From the NCBI GenBank assembly GCA_027622665.1, contig JAQBYT010000046.1, forward strand, positions 1 to 30,714: a stretch of 30,714 nt of DNA. Reading direction: 5' to 3'. The DNA comes from Verrucomicrobiota bacterium (GTDB taxonomy: Bacteria; Verrucomicrobiota; Verrucomicrobiia; Opitutales; Seribacteraceae). The position numbers and the translations under genes are program-made. The stretch's first letter is position 1; each line of letters opens with the position of its first letter. The notes below the pieces were generated by a model that had not been told where the DNA came from, did not search any database, and saw nothing but the letters and a program-made list of their open reading frames with translations. This document shows positions 22,801-30,714 of this stretch, piece by piece.

Positions 22801-25038
22801 GGCGCCGTGGTTGCCACCGGCTTGGAGAACCCGCGTTGCCTACAGATTTCAAAAGGTGGCGAGTTTTACGTTTACGACCATGGAGTGGAGAATCGTCAAG
22901 TGAAGGTCTTCGATTCGTCGGGAACTCTGCTTCGCTCTATTGGGAAACCGGGCCGCCGTTTAGCAGGGCCTTATGATCCGGATTTCCTCGAAGACATCAA
23001 CGAAATGTCGCTCGATTCCGAGGGTAGTCTCTGGCTCGTTTACGAACACGACAATCCGCGTCGTATCATGAAGTTCAGTGCCGACGGGAAATTCCTTGCC
23101 GACTTTTTTGGAAACACCAACTACGGGGGCGGCGGAACCATCGACCCATGGGATCCTACGCGTATGTATTTCCGGGATATGGTTTTTAAGCTGGATCATG
23201 AAACGGGCGAAAGCCGACTGGCGGCTTTGACCTCGGCCGACCATCTGGAGTCCAGCGATCAATCTAGTCGTCATATTCGAAGGCAGACCGAGGTGTTTGT
23301 TCTGAATGATCGGCGTTACGTGGTGACTGCTCCCATTTCTCACACCCCTGAACAAAACGTGGCCTTGATCAACCTTTTCGACGAGAAGAAGATGACCGTT
23401 CGAATGTGTGCAGCAGTGGGGCATGCGTCCAGATTTCCTCCTCTGCAAAATGAAAAGTTCATCGCGAAAACGGGTGGTGCCCCATTAGGGGGCTATCGCT
23501 TTCTCTGGAACGATCTGAATCAGGATGGCGAAGTCGAGGTTGATGAAGTCGTCTTGACCAAATTGGAATCCAGAGACTTCTTCCTCGGACGATTTGACGA
23601 CGGTCTCGGCGTCATGTCCGGAAACCTTCGATTCGAACCTGAGCGTTTTCTCGATGACGGCACCCCGATCTTGAAAGAGAACAAACTGTCTTTCTCCGCA
23701 GATTACCGACTCTCCAACGGCAACTATTTTCGCTACGCCAAGGGCGCGAACGAGGTGGTTACACCTGCTGGTGAACCCATCTGGAGCTATCCTGCCCACC
23801 ACCGGATGAGTGGGCTTTACGTGCCGCCTTACCAACCCGGCAAGGTCGATTTACAATACGGGATCAAAGGGCACGGACGCACTAGCCCTGAGGGGCTGGG
23901 GGACTTTTTTGTAATCTTCAGCAATAGTGGGCAGGCCAACGTGTGGACCGCCGATGGTTTTCTAGCCACTCGGATTTCCTATCACAAAAATAATCCCCGT
24001 CGAAATAATTTCTCCTCCTTCGATCACAAACGCGGCACCGATGTGTCGCGAGTGACTTTCGGGCAAGAGCATTTTTCCAATTACTTCACGCAAAGCGTCC
24101 AAGATGGCCGGCACTTTGTCGTTGGGGGACATCTGACGATGAGCCTTTTCGAGGTCAAGGGTCTGAATGATTTCAAACGTATCCGGGGCACGATCGAAGT
24201 GACTCCCGAGCTAGTTGAAAAAACACGCATTTGGGATGCCCACCGGATTGCCCGCGAACAATTTTCCAAGCCTCACCTCGCGCAGTCTCTGCCCGGTACA
24301 CCTGAGCCAGACGGACAAATTGACTCGAATGAATATCAAGCCGCTCCTCTTGAAATCGAGGGAATCGCTGACTTGCGCATTTCTCATGATGATAACGCCC
24401 TCTATCTCGGATGGCGCGTGCATGCTCTCGCAGGTCCCTTCAAGAATACGGGGACCGAGTTTCAGCGCACCTTCAAAACCGGTGGCGGCGTTGATGTCAA
24501 GTTGGGCCTCGATCCAACTGCCAATCCCAATCGCCGCCAACCCGTGATCGGTGACGCGCGTCTTATCCTAACCAAGTTTAATGGCAAACCAACCGCGATT
24601 CTATACCGTCCCGTTGCTCCCGGAAAACCGGGGCCATGGAGCACTGAAACTGAGGCTGGCGGGATGACTTCATTTGATGATGTAAAGATCATCCGAGATA
24701 TCAAACTAGTTCACAAAGGCGAGGGAAGTGGCTATGTGCTTGAAGCCACGATCCCTTGGCAATCCTTGGGGCTCAATAAAGCTCCAAATGGACAACGCCT
24801 GCGATTCGATTGGTCTGTTTTATCAACAGCGACTGGCCACAAAACCATAGCTCGCCGCTCTTGGGCCAATAAACTTGCCGTCGGCACTACCGATGAACCT
24901 ACGGAGGCTCGGCTAACACCCGGTTTGTGGGGCTGGTTGGAAATCCAGTCACAAGACGATAGCACTCCGGACTTGTACAACGTTTTTGACAAAAAGAAGG
25001 AATCCGGCGATCTGGATATCCTAATTGATGGATTGTAG
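19825..25038 (+). CDS. Large exported multidomain protein (discoidin-like repeats, FlgD Ig-like, NHL/propeller, EF-hand-like loop, CBM9-like C-terminus)
   Basis: 1737 aa from the ATG at 19825. GRRVRNL and WDLKDDKGLPVAPGTY (FlgD-like); VKVFDSSGTLLRSIGKPG (NHL); WNDLNQDGEVE; HDDNALYLGWRV and GYVLEATIPWQSLG (CBM9/DOMON-like). Confidence 0.8.
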   Translation: MKLSRLILAHLLVSVSGFAEVQPSAIDVDSSAAFRETRSEPATAETLKGLIAPAASEIERASWTIEASESERRSRGTYHFRIAFKESQSLGGLTAVLQNPGTVTIRALKPNAPFPGDPAADHWITLPAWNASETIDCVLSPGFKTRSILITDSRPSGQSNLRGLTFRLERRYVVTGSAIAQGEQTKHGQDPANLIAGDLWRSAGTEPNSDKVNRSPVTTVAPSWASLVWDEPQSVSSIRIRSNAKKFELREFIGEPDVNPALAPAAAWRVVDVEPVIRPIWRSRHLLEQVYTFDTPKPISALQFHVTKVTSASRYNSILEIHDFTVFRNLAANEPVPVPVRRTEPPPPLQFTWKTEVDSEPAMVINTPEGRRVRNLFAQVPQKAGDHLAAWDLKDDKGLPVAPGTYHWEAVYGPEPRLIYQMTPYPNSYAHSPHSSPWQGESDDGWMSNHGQLTAVCALGDHVFMGQNGSEGGHALIEVTNSGSKLWGTHETTDTLFTDGNTLFSHNIWQGNISRLNHETKKQELMFSLAQDPARQGNIVGLAAKDDRIYIAYHAPVPFLEDATGETKISIGDCLPKLRSEITGSSNYGISGRPQWDFMSLFRLTEFVNGSDSNGGLLRIPSTKGIGREQHILLAFKEPTPLGSLIFPGFSAPKGVKMLAYVLKPKGSFPPKVDKLGDWTPVPLGVVGDWNCVALPKQTLTRALRITFSQPGGELDLVLDGDTLGEPSLNIDLPLGGAKKKGAGGLIASKNEWRAELDGMRILRRRFEKVSQKARIQVNSGTYDEKAGEWDALRDEILSESNPAIFMMEWDELQSIRGLSLKELDGEEARIDVFTGPVGAEIDLSSSRNWEEVAVYNQKLRYLYAPDRRNNSRAIYLDGVVDFGRSYETRAVRLRIVSQWKEQDGRQWGIRLDRGGSEIDWKRCRLYGIAPLRYLGGEPEKSAMGVRRIEVRDGATGQLIEEKPSRVSGELCFDPHGQLHGIVGKSVVRIEDGAVVATGLENPRCLQISKGGEFYVYDHGVENRQVKVFDSSGTLLRSIGKPGRRLAGPYDPDFLEDINEMSLDSEGSLWLVYEHDNPRRIMKFSADGKFLADFFGNTNYGGGGTIDPWDPTRMYFRDMVFKLDHETGESRLAALTSADHLESSDQSSRHIRRQTEVFVLNDRRYVVTAPISHTPEQNVALINLFDEKKMTVRMCAAVGHASRFPPLQNEKFIAKTGGAPLGGYRFLWNDLNQDGEVEVDEVVLTKLESRDFFLGRFDDGLGVMSGNLRFEPERFLDDGTPILKENKLSFSADYRLSNGNYFRYAKGANEVVTPAGEPIWSYPAHHRMSGLYVPPYQPGKVDLQYGIKGHGRTSPEGLGDFFVIFSNSGQANVWTADGFLATRISYHKNNPRRNNFSSFDHKRGTDVSRVTFGQEHFSNYFTQSVQDGRHFVVGGHLTMSLFEVKGLNDFKRIRGTIEVTPELVEKTRIWDAHRIAREQFSKPHLAQSLPGTPEPDGQIDSNEYQAAPLEIEGIADLRISHDDNALYLGWRVHALAGPFKNTGTEFQRTFKTGGGVDVKLGLDPTANPNRRQPVIGDARLILTKFNGKPTAILYRPVAPGKPGPWSTETEAGGMTSFDDVKIIRDIKLVHKGEGSGYVLEATIPWQSLGLNKAPNGQRLRFDWSVLSTATGHKTIARRSWANKLAVGTTDEPTEARLTPGLWGWLEIQSQDDSTPDLYNVFDKKKESGDLDILIDGL

Positions 25039-25116
25039 GAGAATTTTGTAATATCGCTCCTGTTCTGGAGTCATCCCCATCGCATCGGCCCGGCATCCCG
25101 GACAACGTCTCGGACT

Positions 25117-25685
25117 GGATTGCCACGCCCTACGAGCTCGCAACTACAGCATTATGAGAGTCATCCCTAAACCGTGTCTTGACCCAGCTCGCACTTTGTC
25201 ATTGCAAGGAGCGAAAGCGACGCGGCAATCCGGCGACCGCTTTGGGTATTCCATCGCATCGTCCCAGAATCCCGCACAACGCCCCGGACTGGATTGCCAC
25301 GCCCTAACGGGCTCGCAATGACAGCATTGTGGGAGGCGTCTTCGAGTCGTGATGCTACCCACCATCCCACCTTGTCATTGCGAGGAGGGGCAAAGCCCCG
25401 ACGCGGCAATCCAGCGGAACCATTAGGCAACGCCCTCCATCACCTTGGCAACCCAGTCATCCCACACCTTGTCATTGCGAGGAGGAACAACGTCCCGACG
25501 CGGCAATCCGGCGACCGCTTTGGGTATTCCATCGCATCGTCCCAAAATCCCGCACAACGCCCCGGACTGGATTGCCACGCCCTAACGGGCTCGCAATGAC
25601 AGCATGGTGGGAGGCGTCTTCGAGTCGTGATGCTACCCACCATCCCACTTTGTCATTGCGAGGAGCGAAAGCGACGCGGCAATCC
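25117..25685. repeat. REP/BIME-like cluster of seven palindromic units
   Basis: Type A units (TGTCATTGC(G/A)AGGAG...CGACGCGGCAATCC) start at 25197, 25373, 25470 and 25651. Oppositely oriented type B units (GGATTGCCACGCCCTA...CTCGCAATGACA) start at 25117 (degenerate), 25291 and 25569. Confidence 0.9.
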
Positions 25686-25800
25686 AGCGAACGCGTAGGT
25701 CACCTCTTGCAATGTCCGGTCATCTCCAACGATTCTTTCCCTAACGCGCGCATTGTAACTAATTGACCTCCTACGCTATTCGGGCATCATTTCATCCAAG

Positions 25801-28800
25801 GTGATCTCATTTGCCGAAAAAAGTTCCCGATCCCTCGCTCGCCTCCTTGCGGTTGGCCTGCTTCTGCTCGGATTGGTCTCCACTGCACATGCGGACCTCA
25901 CCGCCGGCCTAGTCGCCTACTATCCCTTCGACGGCAACGCCTCCGATATGTCGGGGAATGGGAATGACGGGACGGTCAATGGAGCGACGCTAGGGGCGGA
26001 CCGTTTTGGAGAGGCAGGGAAGTCGTACGACTTCGATGGTAACGATTATCTCTCTTTTGGGGACAAGCAGGACTTTGATATGGGAACGGGCGATTTCACC
26101 ATATCCGCTTGGATCAAGACCTCATCTTCCTCACGAGGGGAAATAACCAACAAAGGATCCAATGTTTCCAACACGGGCTATAATACTTTCGTTATGCCCT
26201 CCGGAGTTCTCGCCATCGAGATTCATGATAACTATGCCGCTTTTTCCACCGCAACGGTTAACAATGGTCAATGGCGCCATGCCGTGGGGATGCGCGACGG
26301 GGACAACTTGAATCTGTTTGTCGATGGTGTCGCCGATGGCTCAAGAACCGGAGTCAATAACTATGAAGTCAGTGCATCGAATCAATTTTACGTCGGTTCG
26401 AGGGAGGCAACCTCTCCTTTTTTCAACGGCTCCATCGACGAGTTCCGCGTCTACAACCGGGCCCTTTCCGCAAACGAGGTGACGGCCTTGTACCAGTTGG
26501 AAAGCACTCCACCGCCGAACCAAGCCCCCGCCTTTGCCGAAAGCAACGCCACTTTCACCACCGCCGAGAACAATGCCTCTGCCAGCTTCGTTGTAAGTGC
26601 GACGGATACCGACGCGAACACGACCTTGGTCTACGCAAAGTTCGGGCCCGACGCGGGCAAGTTCACCCTCAACATAGCCACAGGAGCACTCACCTTCACC
26701 AACACGCCCGATTACGAGGCCAACGCCTCCGCCGCCGGCAATAATGCTTTCTCCCTAACCATCAAAGTAACCGACGGCGAAGCCAACGCCACCCAAGCGG
26801 TCACCGTCAACGTGACGAATTTGTTGGAGACCGTTCCACCTTTGATCTCTATTCCTGCCGGAGTTTACGAGAGCAACTCCACCTCCGTGGCCTCGGGACT
26901 CGAGGTGGCTCTTTCGGCTTTTTCAATCGAGGCTCACGAGATGCCTTTGTTCCTCTGGAATGAAGTCTACCTATGGGGTACGCCGAACGGCTACGCTTTC
27001 TCCAATGCCGGCTTGGCTTTCAGCCCCGATCACCCGGTCCATTCGGTCAACTGGTATGACGTTGTGAAATGGGCCAATGCCCGTTCCGAGAAGGAAGGGC
27101 TGACTCCGTGTTACTACACCGACGTCAATCGTACCCGAGTCTACCGTTCAGGCCAAGTCGACGTCACCAACATGATGGTCAAGTGGAGCGCCGATGGCTA
27201 CCGCCTTCCCACTGAGGCTGAATGGGAAGTGAGCGCGCGAGGCGGCTTGGTCGCCAATAACTACGCTTGGGGCAATTCGCCCTCCACCAGCAACGCCAAT
27301 TACCTCGCTGCCGGGCTCGGCCAAACGGTTCTCTCGGGAAGTTACAATCCCAATGGCTACGGTTTGCGCGACCTGGGCGGCAACCTCAGGGAATGGGTCT
27401 GGGATTTGAATAATTCGCATTTTGGTCACGATTTCGTTTATTCAAATACCACTGCAAATTCCTTGTCAGCCATTTTTGATGAAGTGAACTCCTCGGCCAT
27501 CTATGTGCCGGAAACAAACGGCTTTCAGCCTTTCTTTGAAAGTACTTATTCTCTCTCCGAAGTGGTGAAAAGCAGCATGAGTTTCTCTTTGGCCAAGACC
27601 TTGAATTTCGACCCGGCTGCTCAAATCGGCAGTGTAACAAATCAAATAGCAAATAAACGTGCCAGTGGTGGTTATCCCGCTCAATGTAAAATGAAATTTT
27701 ATTATATTGATGGCACTTCGGCTGAAAGTACGACTCATGGCCATGAATCGTCTCCGTGGTCTTGGGGAACAAAGTCATACGCCAACCCCAATACTGATAA
27801 GCTGGTATCCAAGATAGAGGTGTTTCTTAAGAAGAATTACAACCAATCGGCTTGGGGTACTTTTGAGAGAAATACAAGAGTCTACGGGCTTCACTATGAA
27901 GATAATACAGGACACCTGACCTTTGACTTGCCTCAATATGAAGAAAGCAATGCCACGCATTTTTTTGTGAAAGTAGATGCTGTCAGTGAGAATGGTGATG
28001 ATATTTGGTTTGAGTTGATCGATGGCTCGAGCGTGGCAACTTTTTCAAATGATGATTTTGGCCAGAGGCTTCCTTTGCCTGTAAATGTTTTAATTCCAAA
28101 GCAGCTTCGGATTTATCTCAAAAGGTCTGCCCAAAATAATTCTGTGGGAGGCTTGTCCGTAAGTTCAGTTTCTTGGAATGTTGATAATCCCAAAGCTTTT
28201 GCTTCAACTTCTTCTAAACGTGTGGTTAGAGACAACCACTTTGGCGAAAATCTTAAAACCCTCAATCATCGAAGTTTCTTCAATCCAAATGAGGCTAACT
28301 CTACTATTGGGTTCCGCTTGGTCAGAAGGCTCGCGCCCAACCAACCTCCCGTTTTTGCCGGCGGCTCCACCTTCACCACGGCCGAAAACAATGCATCGGC
28401 CAGTTTCGTCGTAACCGCGACCGATCCCGATGCGAACACAACCTTGGTCTACTCCAAGTCCGGGCCCGACGCGGGCAAGTTCACCCTCAACGTAGCCACG
28501 GGAACCCTCACATTCACCAATACGCCCGACTACGAGGCCAACGCCTCCGTCGCCGGCAACAATGCTTTCTCCCTAACCATCACCGTAACCGACGGCGAAG
28601 CCAACGCCACGCAGAGCGTAACCGTCAACGTGACGAACATGGTGGAAGACTTCGACCAAGACGGCATCGATGATCACTTCGACACCGATGACGATGGCGA
28701 CGGATTCAGCGACACCGCCGAGATTGCCTATGGATCGGACCCGAGGAACGCGAACTCGGTGGCCAACCAAGCGCCCACGGCGCTCGATCTCAACAATACA

Positions 28801-30714
28801 ACCATCGCAGAGAATCAACCTGCGGGAACGATCGTGGGCAAGTTAACCGGAGTCGATCCGGATGGAAATGCGACCTTGGCTTTTTCCCGAGCCAATGGCC
28901 AAGGATCCAAGCACAACAACCAGTTTTTCGTCGGCCCCCACAATAACTTGAAAGCCAAGAACCCGATTGATTTCGAAGCCAACGCCACCTTGACGGTCCG
29001 CCTCAAAGTGAGAGACGAGCACAACGCAAGCTACGAAAAGATCTTCCAGATTACTGTTCTTAACATAGTCGAAGACCTAGACTCCGACGGCATCGAGGAT
29101 CATGCCGACCCCGACGACGACAACGACGGCTTCAGCGACGCGGAGGAGCTGGCTGCTGGTACGAATCCCGACGACAACGCGAGCATCCCCAACCGGGCCC
29201 CGACCGACATCCTGCTGCCGACCAACGTCATCCTCGAGAACCGGCCCGTCGGCACCTTGGTGGGCACCTTGTCCGCAGTCGATCCGGACTTCGGGGCATC
29301 TCACGGATATTCCTTTGCAGGCATGAACGCTAGCATCGTTACCCACAATCCTTTGGTTGCTTATGGTATCGATACCGTGGTCGAGGTTAACGGAACTCTT
29401 TGGAAAGCACTCGTGGACTTGTCGCCACAGGGCATACACAACCCTGCGACGAATTATGCGCTTGGAAATCGTGTTACAAATGGGCAAGGCCGGTACTACG
29501 AAGCCAAGATGGATTTTCAGAATGCTCCTGTCTGGGCTTCTCACTCATGGTACGAAGCGAGTACGATAGTTTCATACCAAGGAAACTTCTATCTTTCCAA
29601 ATCCTATCACAAGACCAAGACGCCAACCACCCGTCCCGATTATTGGGATTTGGTCGACTTGACGCTTGTGGGAACCGCTTGGGAAAACGTAACTGCAAAC
29701 GCCATGCCCGGCGGTTCATTTTGGTCATCTTTCGATCCTCCTTACAAGAATCACCTCTTCACCCTTGACGCCAATGGCACCTTAAAGACCGCCGCTATCC
29801 TCGACCACGAGACCAACGCCTCACGAACCATTCGCGTCCAGGCCACCGACGAACACAACGCAAGCATCGAACAAACCTTCGTCATTACCGTTCTGGATGA
29901 TCCTGCCGACAACAACACAAGCCAAGTAGTAGACGACAACGGAACGATCCCTGATCAAAACGGAACCGTCGTCGATTCCAATGGCACCTACGTCGATGAC
30001 AATGCAACAGTACCCGACGGGAACGGAACTTTCGTCGATACGAATGCAACTTTGCCCGACAACAACGCAACCCTGCTGGATACCAACGGGACTTTCGTGG
30101 ATGACAATGCAACAGTACCCGACGGGAACGGCACCCATGTAGACACGAACGGAACTTTACCTGATTCAAATGCGACTGTCCCTCATCCGACACCCTCCGA
30201 TCAGAACGAAACGATTGTGGAACCGCATGAACCTCACCCCGATGCGAACGGAACCGTTCTGGGTCAGAACGGGACTTTCGTGGATCATAACCAAACGCAC
30301 ATTGATACGAACGGCACGATTCCTAACACGAACGCAACTTTACCTGATTCAAATGCGACTGTTCCGGATCCGAGTACGACACCCCCCGACCAGAACGAAA
30401 CGATTGTGGAACCGCATGAACCTCACCCCGATGGGAACGGAACCGTTCCGGATCAGAACGGGACTTTCGTGGATGACAATGCAACAGTACCCGACGGGAA
30501 CGGCACCCATGTAGACACGAACGGAACTTTACCTGATTCAAATGCGACTGTCCCTGATCCGACACCCTCCGATCAGAACGAAACGATGGTGGAACCGCAT
30601 GAACCTCACCCCGATGGGAACGGAACCGTTCCGGACCAAAATGGGACTTTCGTGGATCATAACCAAACGTACGTGGATACGAACGGCACGATTCCAGACA
30701 CGAACGCAACTTTT
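25801..30714 (+). CDS. Giant surface or adhesin-like protein (LamG, cadherin-like x4, FGE/SUMF1-like, TSP3-like, CBM5/12-like, sequon repeats), 3'-incomplete
   Basis: Manually translated frame with no stop from GTG 25801 to the window end (1638 codons); upstream in-frame TAA at 25756. Signal peptide ending in AHA; GLVAYYPFDGN and FNGSIDEFRVYNRALS; GYRLPTEAEWE, GNLREWVWD and GFRLVR; PDYE and DFE cadherin motifs; DFDQDGIDD. Confidence 0.93.
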   Translation, partial: MISFAEKSSRSLARLLAVGLLLLGLVSTAHADLTAGLVAYYPFDGNASDMSGNGNDGTVNGATLGADRFGEAGKSYDFDGNDYLSFGDKQDFDMGTGDFTISAWIKTSSSSRGEITNKGSNVSNTGYNTFVMPSGVLAIEIHDNYAAFSTATVNNGQWRHAVGMRDGDNLNLFVDGVADGSRTGVNNYEVSASNQFYVGSREATSPFFNGSIDEFRVYNRALSANEVTALYQLESTPPPNQAPAFAESNATFTTAENNASASFVVSATDTDANTTLVYAKFGPDAGKFTLNIATGALTFTNTPDYEANASAAGNNAFSLTIKVTDGEANATQAVTVNVTNLLETVPPLISIPAGVYESNSTSVASGLEVALSAFSIEAHEMPLFLWNEVYLWGTPNGYAFSNAGLAFSPDHPVHSVNWYDVVKWANARSEKEGLTPCYYTDVNRTRVYRSGQVDVTNMMVKWSADGYRLPTEAEWEVSARGGLVANNYAWGNSPSTSNANYLAAGLGQTVLSGSYNPNGYGLRDLGGNLREWVWDLNNSHFGHDFVYSNTTANSLSAIFDEVNSSAIYVPETNGFQPFFESTYSLSEVVKSSMSFSLAKTLNFDPAAQIGSVTNQIANKRASGGYPAQCKMKFYYIDGTSAESTTHGHESSPWSWGTKSYANPNTDKLVSKIEVFLKKNYNQSAWGTFERNTRVYGLHYEDNTGHLTFDLPQYEESNATHFFVKVDAVSENGDDIWFELIDGSSVATFSNDDFGQRLPLPVNVLIPKQLRIYLKRSAQNNSVGGLSVSSVSWNVDNPKAFASTSSKRVVRDNHFGENLKTLNHRSFFNPNEANSTIGFRLVRRLAPNQPPVFAGGSTFTTAENNASASFVVTATDPDANTTLVYSKSGPDAGKFTLNVATGTLTFTNTPDYEANASVAGNNAFSLTITVTDGEANATQSVTVNVTNMVEDFDQDGIDDHFDTDDDGDGFSDTAEIAYGSDPRNANSVANQAPTALDLNNTTIAENQPAGTIVGKLTGVDPDGNATLAFSRANGQGSKHNNQFFVGPHNNLKAKNPIDFEANATLTVRLKVRDEHNASYEKIFQITVLNIVEDLDSDGIEDHADPDDDNDGFSDAEELAAGTNPDDNASIPNRAPTDILLPTNVILENRPVGTLVGTLSAVDPDFGASHGYSFAGMNASIVTHNPLVAYGIDTVVEVNGTLWKALVDLSPQGIHNPATNYALGNRVTNGQGRYYEAKMDFQNAPVWASHSWYEASTIVSYQGNFYLSKSYHKTKTPTTRPDYWDLVDLTLVGTAWENVTANAMPGGSFWSSFDPPYKNHLFTLDANGTLKTAAILDHETNASRTIRVQATDEHNASIEQTFVITVLDDPADNNTSQVVDDNGTIPDQNGTVVDSNGTYVDDNATVPDGNGTFVDTNATLPDNNATLLDTNGTFVDDNATVPDGNGTHVDTNGTLPDSNATVPHPTPSDQNETIVEPHEPHPDANGTVLGQNGTFVDHNQTHIDTNGTIPNTNATLPDSNATVPDPSTTPPDQNETIVEPHEPHPDGNGTVPDQNGTFVDDNATVPDGNGTHVDTNGTLPDSNATVPDPTPSDQNETMVEPHEPHPDGNGTVPDQNGTFVDHNQTYVDTNGTIPDTNATF
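26518..26826 (+). repeat. Cadherin-like coding repeat, copy 1
   Basis: Highly similar in DNA to 28339..28647, for example the shared CGGGCCCGACGCGGGCAAGTTCACCCTCAAC. Confidence 0.9.
28339..28647 (+). repeat. Cadherin-like coding repeat, copy 2
   Basis: Direct repeat of 26518..26826. Confidence 0.9.
29908..30714 (+). repeat. Coding 21-nt (7-aa) tandem repeat D-x-N-x-T-x-x with a 372-nt higher-order repeat
   Basis: DDNGTIP DQNGTVV DSNGTYV DDNATVP and so on; 30085..30341 recurs at 30457..30713. Confidence 0.95.

Noticed and set aside
25117..25685. CRISPR array
   Set aside because: Units alternate in orientation, the spacers are duplicated and uneven, and there are no cas genes. The short ORFs here are repeat artefacts.
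27406..28215. Intein or intron
   Set aside because: No C/S start with an HN-C/S/T end, no recognisable endonuclease motif, and the frame is continuous.
28216..28329. FGE C-terminus as a diversity-generating retroelement variable region
   Set aside because: No template repeat differing at adenines and no reverse transcriptase in the window, and the domain is internal to the protein. A remote template cannot be excluded.
29908..30714. Non-coding array or the listed small ORFs
   Set aside because: The 21-nt period with codon-wise variation fits the long + strand frame. The listed ORFs are shadows of it.

Overview
The window looks like PVC-superphylum DNA, most likely Verrucomicrobiota (inferred from gene families). 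From left to right it holds: a deoxynucleoside-kinase/integrase chimeric remnant; a PVC-type heme-binding dehydrogenase-like protein; monomeric isocitrate dehydrogenase; a secreted clan GH-A-like hydrolase; and a 5'-truncated flagellin-like gene joined to a decayed ECF sigma factor that the ORF track misses. Next is a co-oriented block of exported proteins: two paralogous unknowns flanking a DUF1592/DUF1552 pair, a serine hydrolase, a lactonase-esterase fusion and a 1737-aa FlgD/propeller/CBM9-like protein. A REP/BIME-like palindrome cluster follows. The window ends in a surface-protein gene of at least 1638 codons (25801 to window end), absent from the ORF track because it has no stop here. 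This gene is the highlight. It carries an array of 33 N-x-S/T sequons, 31 with Asp at -2, and about 25 more D/E-x-N-x-S/T sites in its folded domains. That pattern suggests a substrate of a PglB-type N-glycosylation system. It also contains nested domain insertions. All translations, counts and family calls were made by eye; no searches were run.
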